The notes beneath the pieces are model-generated. The model was not told the origin of the DNA. It was given only the letters and a program-made list of their open reading frames with translations, and searched no databases. Position numbers and translations under genes: made by a program. From Tubiluchus corallicola (Eukaryota; Animalia; Priapulida): 64,000 nt of DNA. The stretch spans positions 1-64,000 of the forward strand of contig JAQGDQ010000284.1 of assembly GCA_030141605.1 (NCBI GenBank). Direction: 5' to 3'. Of the stretch, positions 12,306 through 25,436 are shown piece by piece (position 1 is the first letter of the stretch; each line of letters begins with the position of its first letter).

Positions 12306-13411
12306 ATATAGATAAATTTTTAGACACTGGTGGGCATTAAGGTTATCAGTTTAATTTAGGAAACATTAATAATTTTAAAATTATGACATTTGCTATATAA
12401 TTAAGTAATCCAGAGTAAAGAAAATACATGTACTTTAATTAGTGGGCAACAAAATAAGGTCAATCTTGATTAAACTAAAAATTGCATTTAGATTTTATGT
12501 GAAATACAGGTCAAAATTGTTATGAAATGATAAAAACACTTTGGGTTAATAATGCAATTAATCAACAAACGGAGTTAAATACATTTTGATTTGAGTTCAA
12601 CTTCATTATTTCTAGGCTTATTGATTATGAATAAATCTACTGACTTGGACAATAAATTATGACTCGAACAGATCTCGTGGGGACGGATTTTCTCTTTCAC
12701 AAACACTGTGTAACTCAAATTCTTGCGTAACTCGAATTGAGTTCTTCGTACAAGTTCTTAGGAATCTGATTTCTCGCCCACCTCGAACAGCCTCCCACGT
12801 GAGAAGCCGTACGATGAGTGTTCACCCGCATTACGATTTTAACTGTTAGTTTCAGCAAAAATGCACGTATTACTTCTTGTATACAGATTTCTTACTTCTA
12901 AAGATTTCTTGTATTACCTTGGCAAAATGTTGCACACAAGAATGCTACTCAAACTACAATAGAGGTGGACCAGTCATTTTATTTTAATTATTCACATAAA
13001 TTGTTTGATGTTTGATTTGACCCCAGTTTGTCATTTTCACACAAGTTGTGCACTTAGTATCGTATTGTGGGACGTTGATGAACGACTCAATCTTGTTTTC
13101 TTATGAACATCGTCTAACTCAAAACTTTCACACAATCTAAACGAATTTTCTGGTCCCGAGTTGTACATAGTTTTTTGTATGTAAAGTGTCTAAGTGACCA
13201 GTGTCCATAAGTAAAATTGTATTGCACTCATAAGTTTGAAATACCAGCGTAGTCCAAATAGCCACTCGGTCTAAGAGCCGCTTGATCCTGATGACACATT
13301 GCCTCTTAGTGGTAGTCTGATGAATTCCATTTGAATTTTTCTGTTGTTATAAAGACAAATTATGTGGGGTAGAGTATGCTCTGTATGGCCATCTAGTGGC
13401 CACTTTATTAA

Positions 13412-13850
13412 CCCTTTCATACCCGTTGTATCCCGTGGGTACGAGAATATTTTCTGCCTTTAAAGTTAATAAAATTTTAAAACTGACAGTTATTTGATCT
13501 GTTAATAGTTATTTTGATTTAAGCCGATAACAATAGACCAAAAAAGGTGATAAAATGGCAAACTAGAAAATCTACGTAGCACAAAAAACTGTGCAAGGTA
13601 CAGTACTTTAGAGACGACTTTCTACAGATCAGCATAGCGTGCATACTAAATGTCTTAAATACTTTAAAAAATGATCAGCATTTGCAAAATGAAGCACATT
13701 TTATGCTTTTGTTGTATTTTTAAAAAAAGTCGGACTTTGTTTTTTTGCACATGACAAAGAATGTTGTGTATCCCACAGGATACATTGGGAACAAAAGTAC
13801 CAAGGCAAAAGATTTTTTCTTATTAAAAAAATAATTTGGGACTGAAAGGG
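13412..13850. mobile_element. piggyBac-like MITE
   Basis: TTAA|CCCTTTCA ... TGAAAGGG|TTAA. Confidence 0.8.
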
Positions 13851-13965
13851 TTAAACTTTTTTGTGTTCTTATTGGGATTATGTTTAATGAGCATTATATC
13901 AGTTAGTAGTTTTTTGTCGGTGCTTGTACAGTTACAACGATTTTATCTTTTATTCTCTTTTGCAG

Positions 13966-13991
13966 TTCTTTGCCCGAGTTCCAGCTCTTGA
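13966..13991 (+). CDS. FEZ2: FEZ/UNC-76 orthologue, last coding exon; AT-rich 3' UTR follows
   Basis: ctcttttgcag| then (V)LCPSSSS* (TGA 13989-13991); FEZ proteins end VLCPT. Confidence 0.88.
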
Positions 13992-15249
13992 TCTGTGTGA
14001 GTTCTTTTCGAAGCCGTTTTCTCCGCATAAGATCTGCTTTGTTAAACCGACAAAAACTGCAAAGCGAGTACTGATATTTCCCCCGTGTGGTTGTAAGATT
14101 CATTTCTTTTTTTCTCGTGTGAAACCACGCCGGTGGATGTGATTTATACCCAGCATTTAAGCAGACTGTATCCCGAATTTTACACCGAATTACTGTGAGC
14201 AATATGCCCTACCTTTGTACATGAATATTTATCAAGGCTGTATACAGCATAGTAATTTATTGTTTGTTTACTAGCGAATTGTTACTAAATGTAGCTTTAA
14301 CAGTGTAACATTAAAAAAACATTGCGCTTATACCAAAAAAAGGTTTCCACTTGTGCTTTTTACTTTATTCTGTATCACGTTTTTATCCTATTGTGTTGTA
14401 TTATAGTGTAAAATTTTAAGTTATACATAACGCTGATTGTAATTTTAATTACTGTAATTTGTAAAGTGTAGAACAGATGAGATTTTAACATTATTATTAT
14501 GGAATTTTTAATTAGAGATTAAATTGATGATAATTATGAAGGGCGAAAGTTCGTGTTGGTAAGGCGAGGTGTTCTCGAAGTATATTTTGATTTTTTGTAA
14601 TTCATTTTAATACCACACTTTTGCTTGCATCATGTACTTATGGTAAAGCCTTAGTTTTTATTAAAAGCCATATCAGCAAAACGGTGAATTTTTATATTAA
14701 AAATTTGTGCTGGATGCCACGCTGAATAATTTAATTATTCCTAGAGACATTATAGTGTTTGTAGGAAAGAGGTGTAACAAGAGATTGCAAAATTTTTGAA
14801 AAAAATTAGTCTTACGATAAAAAATTTGAATTGTTTTGCAAAATTCACAGTGAGTTATAGTACATATAATGTAACAATTTTAAGTTTTTTTTATCGATTT
14901 GTCAAGTTATTTGTAACAATTATTTTGAGATGATTGTAGAAAGTATTATTGCTATTAATTTCGTGATATGTTAAATTATATGAATGCACTTTGTTTTGTA
15001 TAAACGAAAGTTGATGTGCAAATTTTATTGCTCTTGTTAATATGCGGTGGTTAGTGTTGCATGCGTGCTGTACTTGTTTAGTTATGCTGTATTGTTACTG
15101 CCAATAGCTTGCCATTAGTTATAGGTTACTGTTCACTTGTCTATGTGTCCATTGTGCTCGTATTTTATCGAAATGGAAATGTGAATGCAGCATTATACTT
15201 TAATGGAAGTATTGAAAGTGTTATAAATTTTGTTTATGTTATTGAATTA

Positions 15250-15420
15250 CAGTAAGTTCTTGCTTAGCGACGTTTCATTTTAACGACGCTGAACATTTGG
15301 CAGGTTTTTCTCACTTAACGCCACACGATTCTATGGAAATCTTGGCTTCGTTTAACAATGTTTTGCTTAGCGTTGTGTTTTGCCGGAATGCTTTAGCGTC
15401 GTTAAGCGAGGACTTACTTT
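15250..15420. mobile_element. Short Tc1/mariner-pogo-type MITE
   Basis: TA|CAGTAAGTTCTTGCTTAGCGACG ... CGTCGTTAAGCGAGGACTTAC inverted ends. Confidence 0.65.
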
Positions 15421-15575
15421 ACCTAAACATACTTTGCGCATTTTGATGCAATAACTGTTAAATTGTAAAAGAACTAGAGTTGCAGTCCTAGTGATGAATT
15501 TTAAGATCTATAGAAAGGTTGTGATTTTCTGATCACCAGTAAGAAATTTGTACTTCTGCTAATGACCAGGTAATA

Positions 15576-15963
15576 CAGTCAACCTCTCGGATAAAAGTGA
15601 CACTTCCAGACCGGAAAAAAACGTTCCAATACAGTCAACCTCTCGGATAAAAGTGACACTTCCAGACCGGAACCGTTCCTAATATCCGATGTCCCTTATA
15701 GCCGAAGTTGAGTCAAAAGGAAAACGAGCTGTTCGAAGGCCGAGTTTACGAAAAATTGAGGTTAAAAATCGTTCAATTTGGCTTTGATCATAGGGTCCCT
15801 TATATGCGGGGTAATTTACCTGGGTTTCTATTACGCTGGACCTGAAGATATCATCTCTTATAACCGAATGTCCCTTATATATGGAGATTTTTACATAGGA
15901 AAAACGTTACGAAAAATCGGCACCGGTGTTGGTTTGCGAGTACCTTATACCGGATGTTGACTG
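15576..15963. mobile_element. Tc1/mariner-pogo-type MITE with duplicated left end; related copy ~20398-20795
   Basis: TA|CAGTCAAC ... GTTGACTG|TA; internal CCCTTATA-CCGA subrepeats. Confidence 0.7.
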
Positions 15964-16333
15964 TACCTTCTTACAAACTGAATACTGTTCAATTGCCACT
16001 GATAACTGTGCTTATCAAACATTGGGATGGCAAGTATAGATATACAGGCTTGATAGAATTGAGTCTCTTGTTCGAATCTGTTAAAAGTTGCTTGATGTTG
16101 AAAGGTACTTTTGATTGTAATATGCAATGAGCTTCTTCGTATACACCTGAATACCTTCGTATACACCTGAATGTTTTACCTTTATTCAATTTTTTTGATT
16201 TTTGAAACGTGCAGATGTCTTATTGCTTATAGTTCTGTTAAAAATTGCATCTTAAAAATGAGCGTTTACCTGAAGAATTAATCAGAAGTAGTTTGATTGA
16301 ATGAGTAACACATATTGGAAGTATGTGTTAAAT

Positions 16334-16813
16334 CAGGGGTGTGCAAATTATCTGACTAGCCGTGCCACGTTACACTTTCCGACAATTCCTGCGGGCCACA
16401 GGCAGTTTGATCAAGGAGCCAAGTACAGAAAGGCCTAATGACAATTTTTTTGCATCCGATCTGCGTACATCATTACTACTACACTCAAGAAAATTTTAGA
16501 AGTTATTAAAATTTATATTACACACCATATATTTCTACTTTCAGCACAGATAGTGGTAATTTCATTACAATGTATATTAGTAATGTGTATCACACAGTCT
16601 GTGTAGTACAGTGACTTTAAGCTGCAACCGTCTTGTAAGGGTTGATGGCATCCGATCTAGTAGAAAAAACTACCTGCACTATCTTTGGGATCGTGGCACG
16701 GACTTCAGTTGGATACACTCAATTCATCGCCCTGGCCGCACTTTCATTAGGTTGACAAATCTCTTCGCGGGCCGCACAAATTCTCTCGGCGGGCCACAAT
16801 TTGCACACCTCTG
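16334..16813 (-). mobile_element. hAT-type MITE (family of 5266-5767)
   Basis: Reverse-complement copy with TIRs; near-TSD TGTTAAAT/TGCTAAAC. Confidence 0.9.
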
Positions 16814-17984
16814 TGCTAAACTAATACTGACAGTGGATTAGTTTTATTCAAAATTTGTGTTATCGTTACAGATGGTGACGGTGCACAATATATTTGTTGT
16901 GGTCCAGAATTCGTGAATCTGATATGTACGCAAGTAGCAATGTAGTGTACATTTTTCTCCTTATACTAATTTCTGTACAGGAAAAGACCATTATCTAGTC
17001 AAGGATTTAACGTGTATGTGTAATTACACTTATTGCTGGTAACACTATAGTCCACAGTAACTTGTGCTCTCTGTTGTGGTATTGCTGTTTGTATTCATTT
17101 CTCAGGGCGTTGGTGAATTTTTAGTTTGTCACTCTGTCAGCATTACACACTTAACAATGGTAGTCAGTGTAGAATTTAGGTCTATATTCTAGTCGTCTTA
17201 AACTGAAGTTTGTGTATTACCGCTGCTTTATTTGAAGTTAGTGCAAATAAACTATCATTACGTATTGTCAATGAATTTATAGTAGTTGTGTTTACGTTGG
17301 AATCAGTCTTTTCAGTTTTGTTGTGCGCACGTGCAGTTGCTGTAGGTCAAAGGTTAAATGTGCCACAGCAACACGTCGACTACAACCGTCACGCGACATG
17401 TGGGTAAAGGAAAGCCAGCTGCTGTGTCAGTTCAGTAATTTCAGCTGTTTTACATGGACTTTACTTAATTATGCATTAGTCTGTGCTTAGAGTGAAGAAA
17501 AAATGAACTAGGTAAGGTTCTAGCTAGCTGTTACAACAGCATGGGCTGCGAGGTGCTGCCACGTGTACACAAATGCATTGTCTGGTACACAACCTTTGAC
17601 CTTTTCGCGATGGAACTGTGACTATTTGCACTAATACTGTACGAAAATGGAAACAATAATAGTCACTTTACTGCAGAGAATTTTTAAAATAAAACAACTC
17701 TTTATTGATGAACTGCTAAAGCAAAGAAATCTACAGAAATCAGAAAACATTTTAAGAAACTGCGTTGCACAGCTACAGAGAAACACTGAAATCTGAGAAG
17801 AAATGACATTTTCACAAACATTATTAACATTATAAGCAAACAGTACTTATATACAAGATGGAAAATAAAAACATTCGACACAAGTTTAAATTTCTCTATC
17901 AGCTTTTCTCATAAAACTGAGACGTTTGTACTTGCCAATAACATCATTCATACTGGTGCAGAATAAAATCAAAATTTACACATT

Positions 17985-18236
17985 TTAGTAAGAGTAATTA
18001 ATGTGCAAAATTGACGAGACAGGCAGAATATTGAGATGGTTAGTGACTTTATACAATGTTAATATTACAGACGAACACAGAGGCTCAATCACTCCGCTCC
18101 CGATGTGAGATTAGTAAGAGTAATTAATGTGCAAAATTGACGAGACAGGCAGAATATTGAGATGGTTAGTGACTTTATACAATGTTAATATTACAGACGA
18201 ACACAGAGGCTCAATCACTCCGCTCCCGATGTGAGA
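17985..18236. repeat. Perfect 126-bp tandem duplication in the SRSF 3' UTR
   Basis: 17985-18110 appears identical to 18111-18236. Confidence 0.92.
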
Positions 18237-18243
18237 TGAAATC

Positions 18244-18472
18244 TCAATCTTGCTCCTCTTCGTGCTCGTTGTTCTGTTCAGGAGTGTGCGATCGCGCTGG
18301 AGATTTAGACGGGCTACGATTCTTCTCGTTACGGGGCGCCGATCCGCTACGGCTCCTCGATCCTTCCTTCGGGGGCGTCCTGGAACGGGATCGCGAGGCG
18401 GAACGACTGCGAGAACGAGTGTGTGTGCGACGTCGCGACCTTGAGCGAGAACGCGATCGTGAATAGGAACGA
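18244..18472 (-). CDS. SRSF6: SRSF4/5/6-like SR protein, last exon (RS domain)
   Basis: tttttag| (S)RSYSRSRSRSRSRRR...EEEQD*; AATAAA on the minus strand at ~17701. Confidence 0.92.
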
Positions 18473-18639
18473 CTAAAAAAGAAATGAAGCATTTGTTATA
18501 CTGCAGTGGTGCTGATGGTAAGAAATACTGCTACCCAGTAGCAACACAAAAAGTAAAAAAAAACACACAAAAACAAGTATCATTGTTTCATACACGCATT
18601 TAACATTTGCAAATTACAACTGACTCTGTAAACAGTTCT

Positions 18640-19026
18640 CAGGGTTCCATTTTAAAATAAACTTCCCTGATTTTTCCTTGACCAAATATTGGTTTTTCCA
18701 CGATCAAGATAAGCAGAAATTGCATTAACAGTAAACATATTCAAACATTTTTGTCTACGGACATCCATACATATACTGATATATGTGTCAGCCAATCATT
18801 TCTAGAACAGAAATCGAAATTTTGAACCTGTCATAGCAAAATTTTATTTGAACACGAATCACTGAAAAACATGTTTTAGAAAAATATCGGTTCTCGGTGA
18901 TTATTTTCCAATTTCCCTGATTTTTTGGCCAATCTTAATCATTCTCCGGACTTTTTACCAAATTATCTTTTTCAATAGGTTTCCAGCCCGTATTTTTAAG
19001 GATTTTCCCTAATCGTGGAAACCCTG
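18640..19026. mobile_element. hAT-like MITE
   Basis: CAGGGTTCCA ... TGGAAACCCTG termini; related to 1-180. Confidence 0.65.
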
Positions 19027-19941
19027 AATGATTTGAAAGCAGTAAACGTAGTAAAAACCTCTTCACTACCAATGTAATACACAGCAAAAGTATACACATC
19101 CAACCACGACTAAAAGACCATATCGAAAATTTGTTTTATTGTATATGATTTTTACGTTAATAAAACTCAGGGGAGAAACCTATGGTACACTAACCTGGTA
19201 ATCTATTTGTAACAGGACTGAAACTGTTATAAATCTTTTTATGATCGTCGTTAAGATAGGGTTATGCGATTATCCCTTTTTAAAGTAAACCTCGATGTGT
19301 ATTTCTTTAATTGTTTGTGTCTCACTACTTTGAAAATTTAATCATTTTCATTTAGTCATTTGTACTACCTATTTCGAAAGTTCTCAAACCAACAATAAAA
19401 AACAGACAAGATTTGATAATATTATTAATAGCGTTGCAAGTGAGTGTGATTCATAAGGTTTGCAGAAAGACCAAAAGAATAAATATCTAAAATATTAAAT
19501 TCAATCAAGGCGAATCGCTATACAAGACAAGAAAGTATGAAAACTGTGTAGCTATGAAACCATATTTTGCCATTTTCTGTATATTACTATAACTGAAGCA
19601 ATTTCGTTCAACAATGCTCAATCCATGCTATGTTTTAAAGCCATTTCGCCATGAGAAAAGAGCAAAAATTGAGGATTTGCTCCATATTATACGTTATCAC
19701 AATAATCACTTCCACCATTGGTTATCAACAGATTTTTTTTATATACTTTTGGCTTTCGTAGGAAGACTGTTTCTATAATTACAGTCTTTCGTTTTTTATC
19801 ATAATGCTTGTGTTTATACATAGCTATTTTTAATGACTCAAAAATAGTCAAAATACTTTTGTTTTTGCATATGTATGCATATAGTGCAAACAATTTCATA
19901 CTGAAGCACGTTTTCTAAGGTACATATAAGAAGTTTTTTAC

Positions 19942-20064
19942 CTTCTCCGAGAAGAAGATGAAGACTTCTCCACTATCATCTTGATTTTCCGGCCGTTTAA
20001 TTCCGTACCGTCCAGTTTATCTATCGCATTTTTCATATCGGTCCTTGATGAGAACTCCACGACT
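19942..20064 (-). CDS. SRSF6: SRSF4/5/6-like, coding exon 6 (end of RRM2)
   Basis: cag|...|gtaaa; VVEFSSRTDMKNAIDKLDGTELNGRKIKMIVEKSSSSSRR. Confidence 0.93.
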
Positions 20065-21470
20065 CTGCGAATATACAACATTGTTTTAATTTCATTGCTG
20101 TTTTTAAAATGCGTTCACTACTTCCAGGATTTCTCGCTTAGAAGCTGATCATGCCACTTTCACTTTTACATTAAAGGAAAAGTCAAGCCTGTTGGGAAGT
20201 CAAGCTTATCTGATTGTTTGCAAAAAATCCTAGAAGAATTCAGTAATATAAGATAGTAACAAATGTAACAAATAAATAGCAAATTTAGTGATAAGTGCCT
20301 CGTGACATTAGTAAAAGCACTTTAATGTTGATCACTTCCCATTTTGAATGCCGACTCTTCCACCAATGACATCATTCATTAGTTGAAGAAAAGCAGTGCA
20401 GTGAACCATGGATATAAGGGACGCCTCCGGATAAGAAAAAATCTGTCCCTTACATCCGATATCCCTTATATCGGGACTTGAGTCACACTGAGGGTGTACT
20501 TAGACCTGTACTTTTACCCATATTTTTATGGATTATTGCTACACATTCAGTGCAAACGGTATGTAGGAAGCTACTTCAGTGATGCGAGATGTACGTGACT
20601 GTGGAATTTCGCTTTGATCACAGGGTCCCTTATATGCGAGGTAATATACCCGGGTTTCTATTACCCAGGACCGAATATATCGCCCCTTATAACCGAAAGT
20701 CCATTGTATCCGAGTACCTTATATACGAAGATTTTTACAAGGAAAACCATTACGAAAATTGGGACCAGTGTAGGTGGTCCCTTATAAGCGAAACTTATAA
20801 ACTAAATCCAAAGTCCTTAAGCTTCCGTCATAATTATAATAAGTTTTTTTACATAAAATTAGAGAGGTAATTTTGTAATATTTTTGTATTTCCATGAGGT
20901 AAATTACAGAAGCTTGAATCCGTTCAAGCAGAGTGCACTTCTGGAAACCCACAAGCTCTGTAGTTGCACCATAATTATCTAGTGAACAACAGCTGCCACC
21001 ATGCTTGCAAATGTCTATACGGCGGTAGTGTAAATTAACTTTATACTTTAAGTGATGTTTACCAGACGACTAGAATGCATTATGCGTTATCTACCTGCGG
21101 AATAGCTATATATAAAAATCAATAGAACGATAATACAGCAATGCAGGTTGTAGAAACGGGTGCATTGAAAACAATATAAACGCATTTTTATGTATAACGC
21201 ATACATAGTCCAGATGTCTGCCCATTTCTTTGTTATATTTTTGATATTTAAGTTTAAACGATAACGATAAAATAAATCCAATGTGCTAAATGAGTTGTTT
21301 TTCCTTTAAACAAATCTATTGCAGAGAATTGCACAACCTACTAAATAGAGAATGGTAACTAGCAAACAGAAAGGTGCCTGAATGCTTAGACAATGGACTT
21401 AACAAAAATTATAAGCAGGCGCCTGCCGTTAAAAAGTACAAAAAGCAAAATCTACGTAGCGATCACTTAC

Positions 21471-21544
21471 CCAACATTACGTTCACTTTTGTGTGCATCG
21501 GCATACGTCACTTCGCCTGCCTGTCGCATAAAATCTTTCAAATC
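21471..21544 (-). CDS. SRSF6: SRSF4/5/6-like, coding exon 5 (pseudo-RRM)
   Basis: DLKDFMRQAGEVTYADAHKSERNVG; completes the SWQDLKD signature. Confidence 0.95.
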
Positions 21545-22071
21545 CTGAACAAACAACAAACAGGCCGTCAATATAGCAGAAAATGTTTTTTCCCGGCAGA
21601 ACGTTTGCCTGTTGAAAAAAACTGCAACGTTTAAGTCGACATCGGGCAGACGTTCTGTCAGGAATTTGCCAAGAAATAAGACAAAGCTATCAGCTTCAAG
21701 GCATTTGCACAGCTTTTTCCTACGATTTCGCGCGATCACTAATCAAAGAAAATATAAGATACACGAAAGCTGAAGCTGACAATTCTTAGAAGAATACGCT
21801 AAATCAATTCAAACCACATGCCTGCACAATCCTGTCAATCGCACTTAAACACGGAGTACGCAAAATGAGAAAAATTTACAGAACTGATTAAAAATTTACA
21901 GGACTTGTGCAGACACGTTGGTGTGATGACACTGTAGCTGCCGTCAGATGCCTTCCTCCAGATCCCTTCCGCTGACGAAGCTCCTCTGATGTCGCTGCCG
22001 TCCATCGTGTAATTCCGTAGACATCCTAGCAGCCACCATGCCATCACTCGACACCAAGAAAGAATACTTAC

Positions 22072-22125
22072 ACATTCTCAACTACCTTTATACATAAAAA
22101 ATGAAAAAAAGTAAAGACAAACAAC
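22072..22125 (-). other. Candidate poison cassette exon (PTC) of the SR gene
   Basis: Branch point CTGAC, cacag| acceptor, |gtaagt donor; reads VVCLYFFSFFMYKGS* in phase 0. Confidence 0.6.
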
Positions 22126-22838
22126 CTGTGAACGCAAGCGTGAATCATGGTCAGCGAGTGGTCATCGTAAGGGTCTCGCCTCAGCCTTTTACGGTGTCCA
22201 CAAATGATTAGCGACTGAGACTATTCTTCTATTGACCAACCGCATGGCACATTGCTCTACTTTAGCGCATTGCATACATCTAAATTTAGCATTGATTGAC
22301 CGCCCGATCGACTGACTGAACCCTTCTCATCTCATCTAAGACACATCATGATGACATCATCACCCCGTTTTGCGGCATGACATCATCACCCCCAGTGTGC
22401 GTGTGTGCGGCATGACATCAGCATCATACAACGCACCATTTGAATCAATACTGATCACACGTCTAACCGAATTACGGCTGTTTGACATCGACATCAACGT
22501 TAGCCCAGACGAGTGCATGGCGTGTGGATTGTTGGCTGTATATTTAGGAAGAACAATATAAATTTAGTAAATTTGACGTTTATATGATTTTGAGATAAGA
22601 AAACTAAACTTTATATCAATTTTTCAAAGCAGCTAAGTTTTTATGAGTTAATTTTCAGAAAGATGAAGTCGACATACGGTGCATTTGCGGAGTTCATTTG
22701 GGTCTAAGGTTACAGAGGCTGTTTTAAAGGAAAAACCGAAGTAATGTGAGGAGCGGGATCGTGTCATTAGTCGCAAGTTTGAAAAAGCCAAATGTATTTG
22801 AAGTTAATGGTACTGAGTCAGCAGTGCAAAAAGCTTAC

Positions 22839-22908
22839 CTGCCAACTGATTCTCGTTGACAAATTTTCAATCCTGACTCTATAATCAGTTCTAGTTGGAG
22901 GTCCGTAC
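22839..22908 (-). CDS. SRSF6: SRSF4/5/6-like, coding exon 4
   Basis: (K)[23 protein letters not shown]|gtaag. Confidence 0.95.
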
Positions 22909-24036
22909 CTGTAAAACAACCACTTGGAAATTTAGGAGAAATTTGTACAAATGCCATTAAAATTTTGATTCACAATGAAACTTCATGGTGGGTTGAGGCT
23001 AACGATCAGTTTAGAGGTGAAATCAGGGTGTTACCGAAACCAAAATTTATGGAACATAGGAAACCGATACCGATATAAAAAGCATTGCTAGTAGCCTTAT
23101 ACAGAGCAGTCAAAACTGTTCGAGCATTTCTAGTCGGGATGCAATAAAGGAAATTTTTTTGACACTTTAACTGAGTGCTCTTAGTTGATGAGTAAGTGGC
23201 GTTTATATAGCATCCGGATGGGTAAACATTTCCACGTGCGGAATAGCTGCGGATAAAATCCATAAGAATAGGTACAGAAAAAGAATAACGCATATGCAGG
23301 CTGCATAAACGTCTACATTGAAAACGATGTAAATAGATTTTATCTATTCCATACACCCCAAAACGCATCTGCATCCGAATGCCACCTAAAAGCCACGTAA
23401 AGGTTTCTAATGATTCTTGTTTCAATGAACAACGGCGTGATTAAATATCACGTAACAACGTTTTTGTTAGTTGAGTCAACTCCTCTGGATGCTGGAAACA
23501 TTATTCTCGTGTTAACAATCTTGCAACCTGATGTAATTAATCACAAACAGTGCACCAAATCATAGTGCGTAATGAACCTGAGTCGTTTAATTGTTTACAC
23601 GACCGCTGACTGGTGTCGCCGTTTAGAAAATCACTAACCGTTTAACCGTCACATAGCAAAGCATCCGTATTAATGAAACCTTGTATCTTTTCTGTGTTGA
23701 CGTATACAGTTAGCAACGTCTCGCTTACATAAAATTTTACTATTTACAACATTGTTTCAACTAATCTGGTTGCCTCAGAAGCACCTAAACGGTAAATTGC
23801 AAAGTTTTTCACTTGCGTACGTTACAAGGATGTGGCCATGTTGGACATTCTCATTGGTGCATGCTTAGATTTGATATGCACCGCTTACTCGTGCAAAGAA
23901 TGAATGTATGACATCATCAAGAACGGTTAACCGACCGCAATTAATAACGTTTGAACAATTAGTTAAAAAGTCCAAGCATCTCAGCCGTATTTTGTTTTCT
24001 ATCCAGGGCATCATAACGGCAATGAAATTAACCTAC

Positions 24037-24213
24037 TTGTCCAACCACACTGGCCTACGTCGTCCTCGATCACCGCCATATCCACCACCTCCTCCTCCGT
24101 AACCACCCCCTCCGTATCCGCCACCACCGTAACCTCCTCCGCCACCCCCGAAACCTCCGATTGGTCTTCCGCCAGGACCACGCGGTGTGCCGCGAGCTGG
24201 TTCCAATAAAACT
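24037..24213 (-). CDS. SRSF6: SRSF4/5/6-like, coding exon 3 (Gly/Tyr-rich linker)
   Basis: tttctag|; VLLEPARGTPRGPGGRPIGGFGGGGGGYGGGGY...RRRPVWLD|gtagg. Confidence 0.9.
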
Positions 24214-25365
24214 CTAGAAAAAATTAATTAAAAGTAAGTTGTTTACACAATACAATTCTAAAACAAAGTACAGTCAAACCTCCTTATGCTGCCAAACTCG
24301 TTTACCGCGTGCAGAGCCAGGAATAAAACTGCATTTAAAAATAACCTATTATACCACCTCAAGCTACCTGCCATCCGCTAGGCAAATCTTTATATATATA
24401 CGTGTGTGTGTGTGTGCGTGTGTGCGTGTGTACGTGTAAAGATGTCACAATAACGTGACAATAACAAAGGATTTGTAGGTATTATATTATTGTCAATACG
24501 CACCACACAGTTTTATCTAACTAGAACAACGTCTTTCTTTGCAAATCTAGAAGCTTTCAAACCTGTTCTGCCAGCTTTCCCACTGCAAATTTTTTGGCTT
24601 TGCTTATTTATGTAAAACAGAGTAAAATAAAAAAAACACAATCAGATTCACACACGGTTATTGCTTGTTACTGTTTAGGCACAGTACACAATACAACCCT
24701 GGCAAAACGTGTAATAGATAAAATAATACAGCCATAAGATCACGATACCAACCTCACGAGACACCCGACCTAACATTTACAAGGTTAAAAATAGAAAAAA
24801 CTAGATGAATCCGTTGATAATAAATGCTAAACATATTTTACCAACCACAGTTTTAGGATTGCTAAAATAACAAGACAAAGTTTGATTTTTATTTATTACT
24901 TATGTAATGTGTGAGCTGTTGTTGACATTGTAAGCCACCAGAAAAACAAAATATGTCAATGCTTTGGATTTAAAAGTTGCTTCTCCATTTTGCGGTTCAC
25001 ATTTGCCATGTAATTAGCCTAATGCAGATTAAACATCTTGCATTTTCAACTGACTTGAATGCTAGCAGTGCCTGTGTTAAGTGCACTGATTGCTACGTAT
25101 CTACAGTACACTCTACAGCTGCAGTTTGAATTACTTCACATCGTTTTTATCAGCGTACGATCAAGAGGTTGCTAATTTGCTAAATATCATTAACACTGAC
25201 ACAGATTCTCAGGGTATGTATGCACTTTGGCGATACACATATCGTCATAAAACATAATACGATGCACCAATACATCTATGTATCGTTACAAGTCTAGAAA
25301 ACAGCAACATTTTCAGATGAACACAAAATGAATAAATGTAATCAGCATCTGGAGTTCTGGCTTAC

Positions 25366-25436
25366 CTTTCCCCACAAAGCTCTTTTCCATTTAGTTCATA
25401 TATGGCATCGTCTGCATCACGATAATCATCAAATTC
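25366..25436 (-). CDS. SRSF6: SRSF4/5/6-like, coding exon 2 (RRM1)
   Basis: EFDDYRDADDAIYELNGKELCGE(R)|gtaag. Confidence 0.95.

Noticed and set aside
22290-22432. Box C/D snoRNA in the SR intron
   Set aside because: GTGATGA box-C-like motifs are present, but no suitably placed CTGA box D or terminal stem was seen.
23006-23425. 139-aa ORF
   Set aside because: Lies in an SR-gene intron, starts at a non-ATG codon, and has no recognisable motifs.
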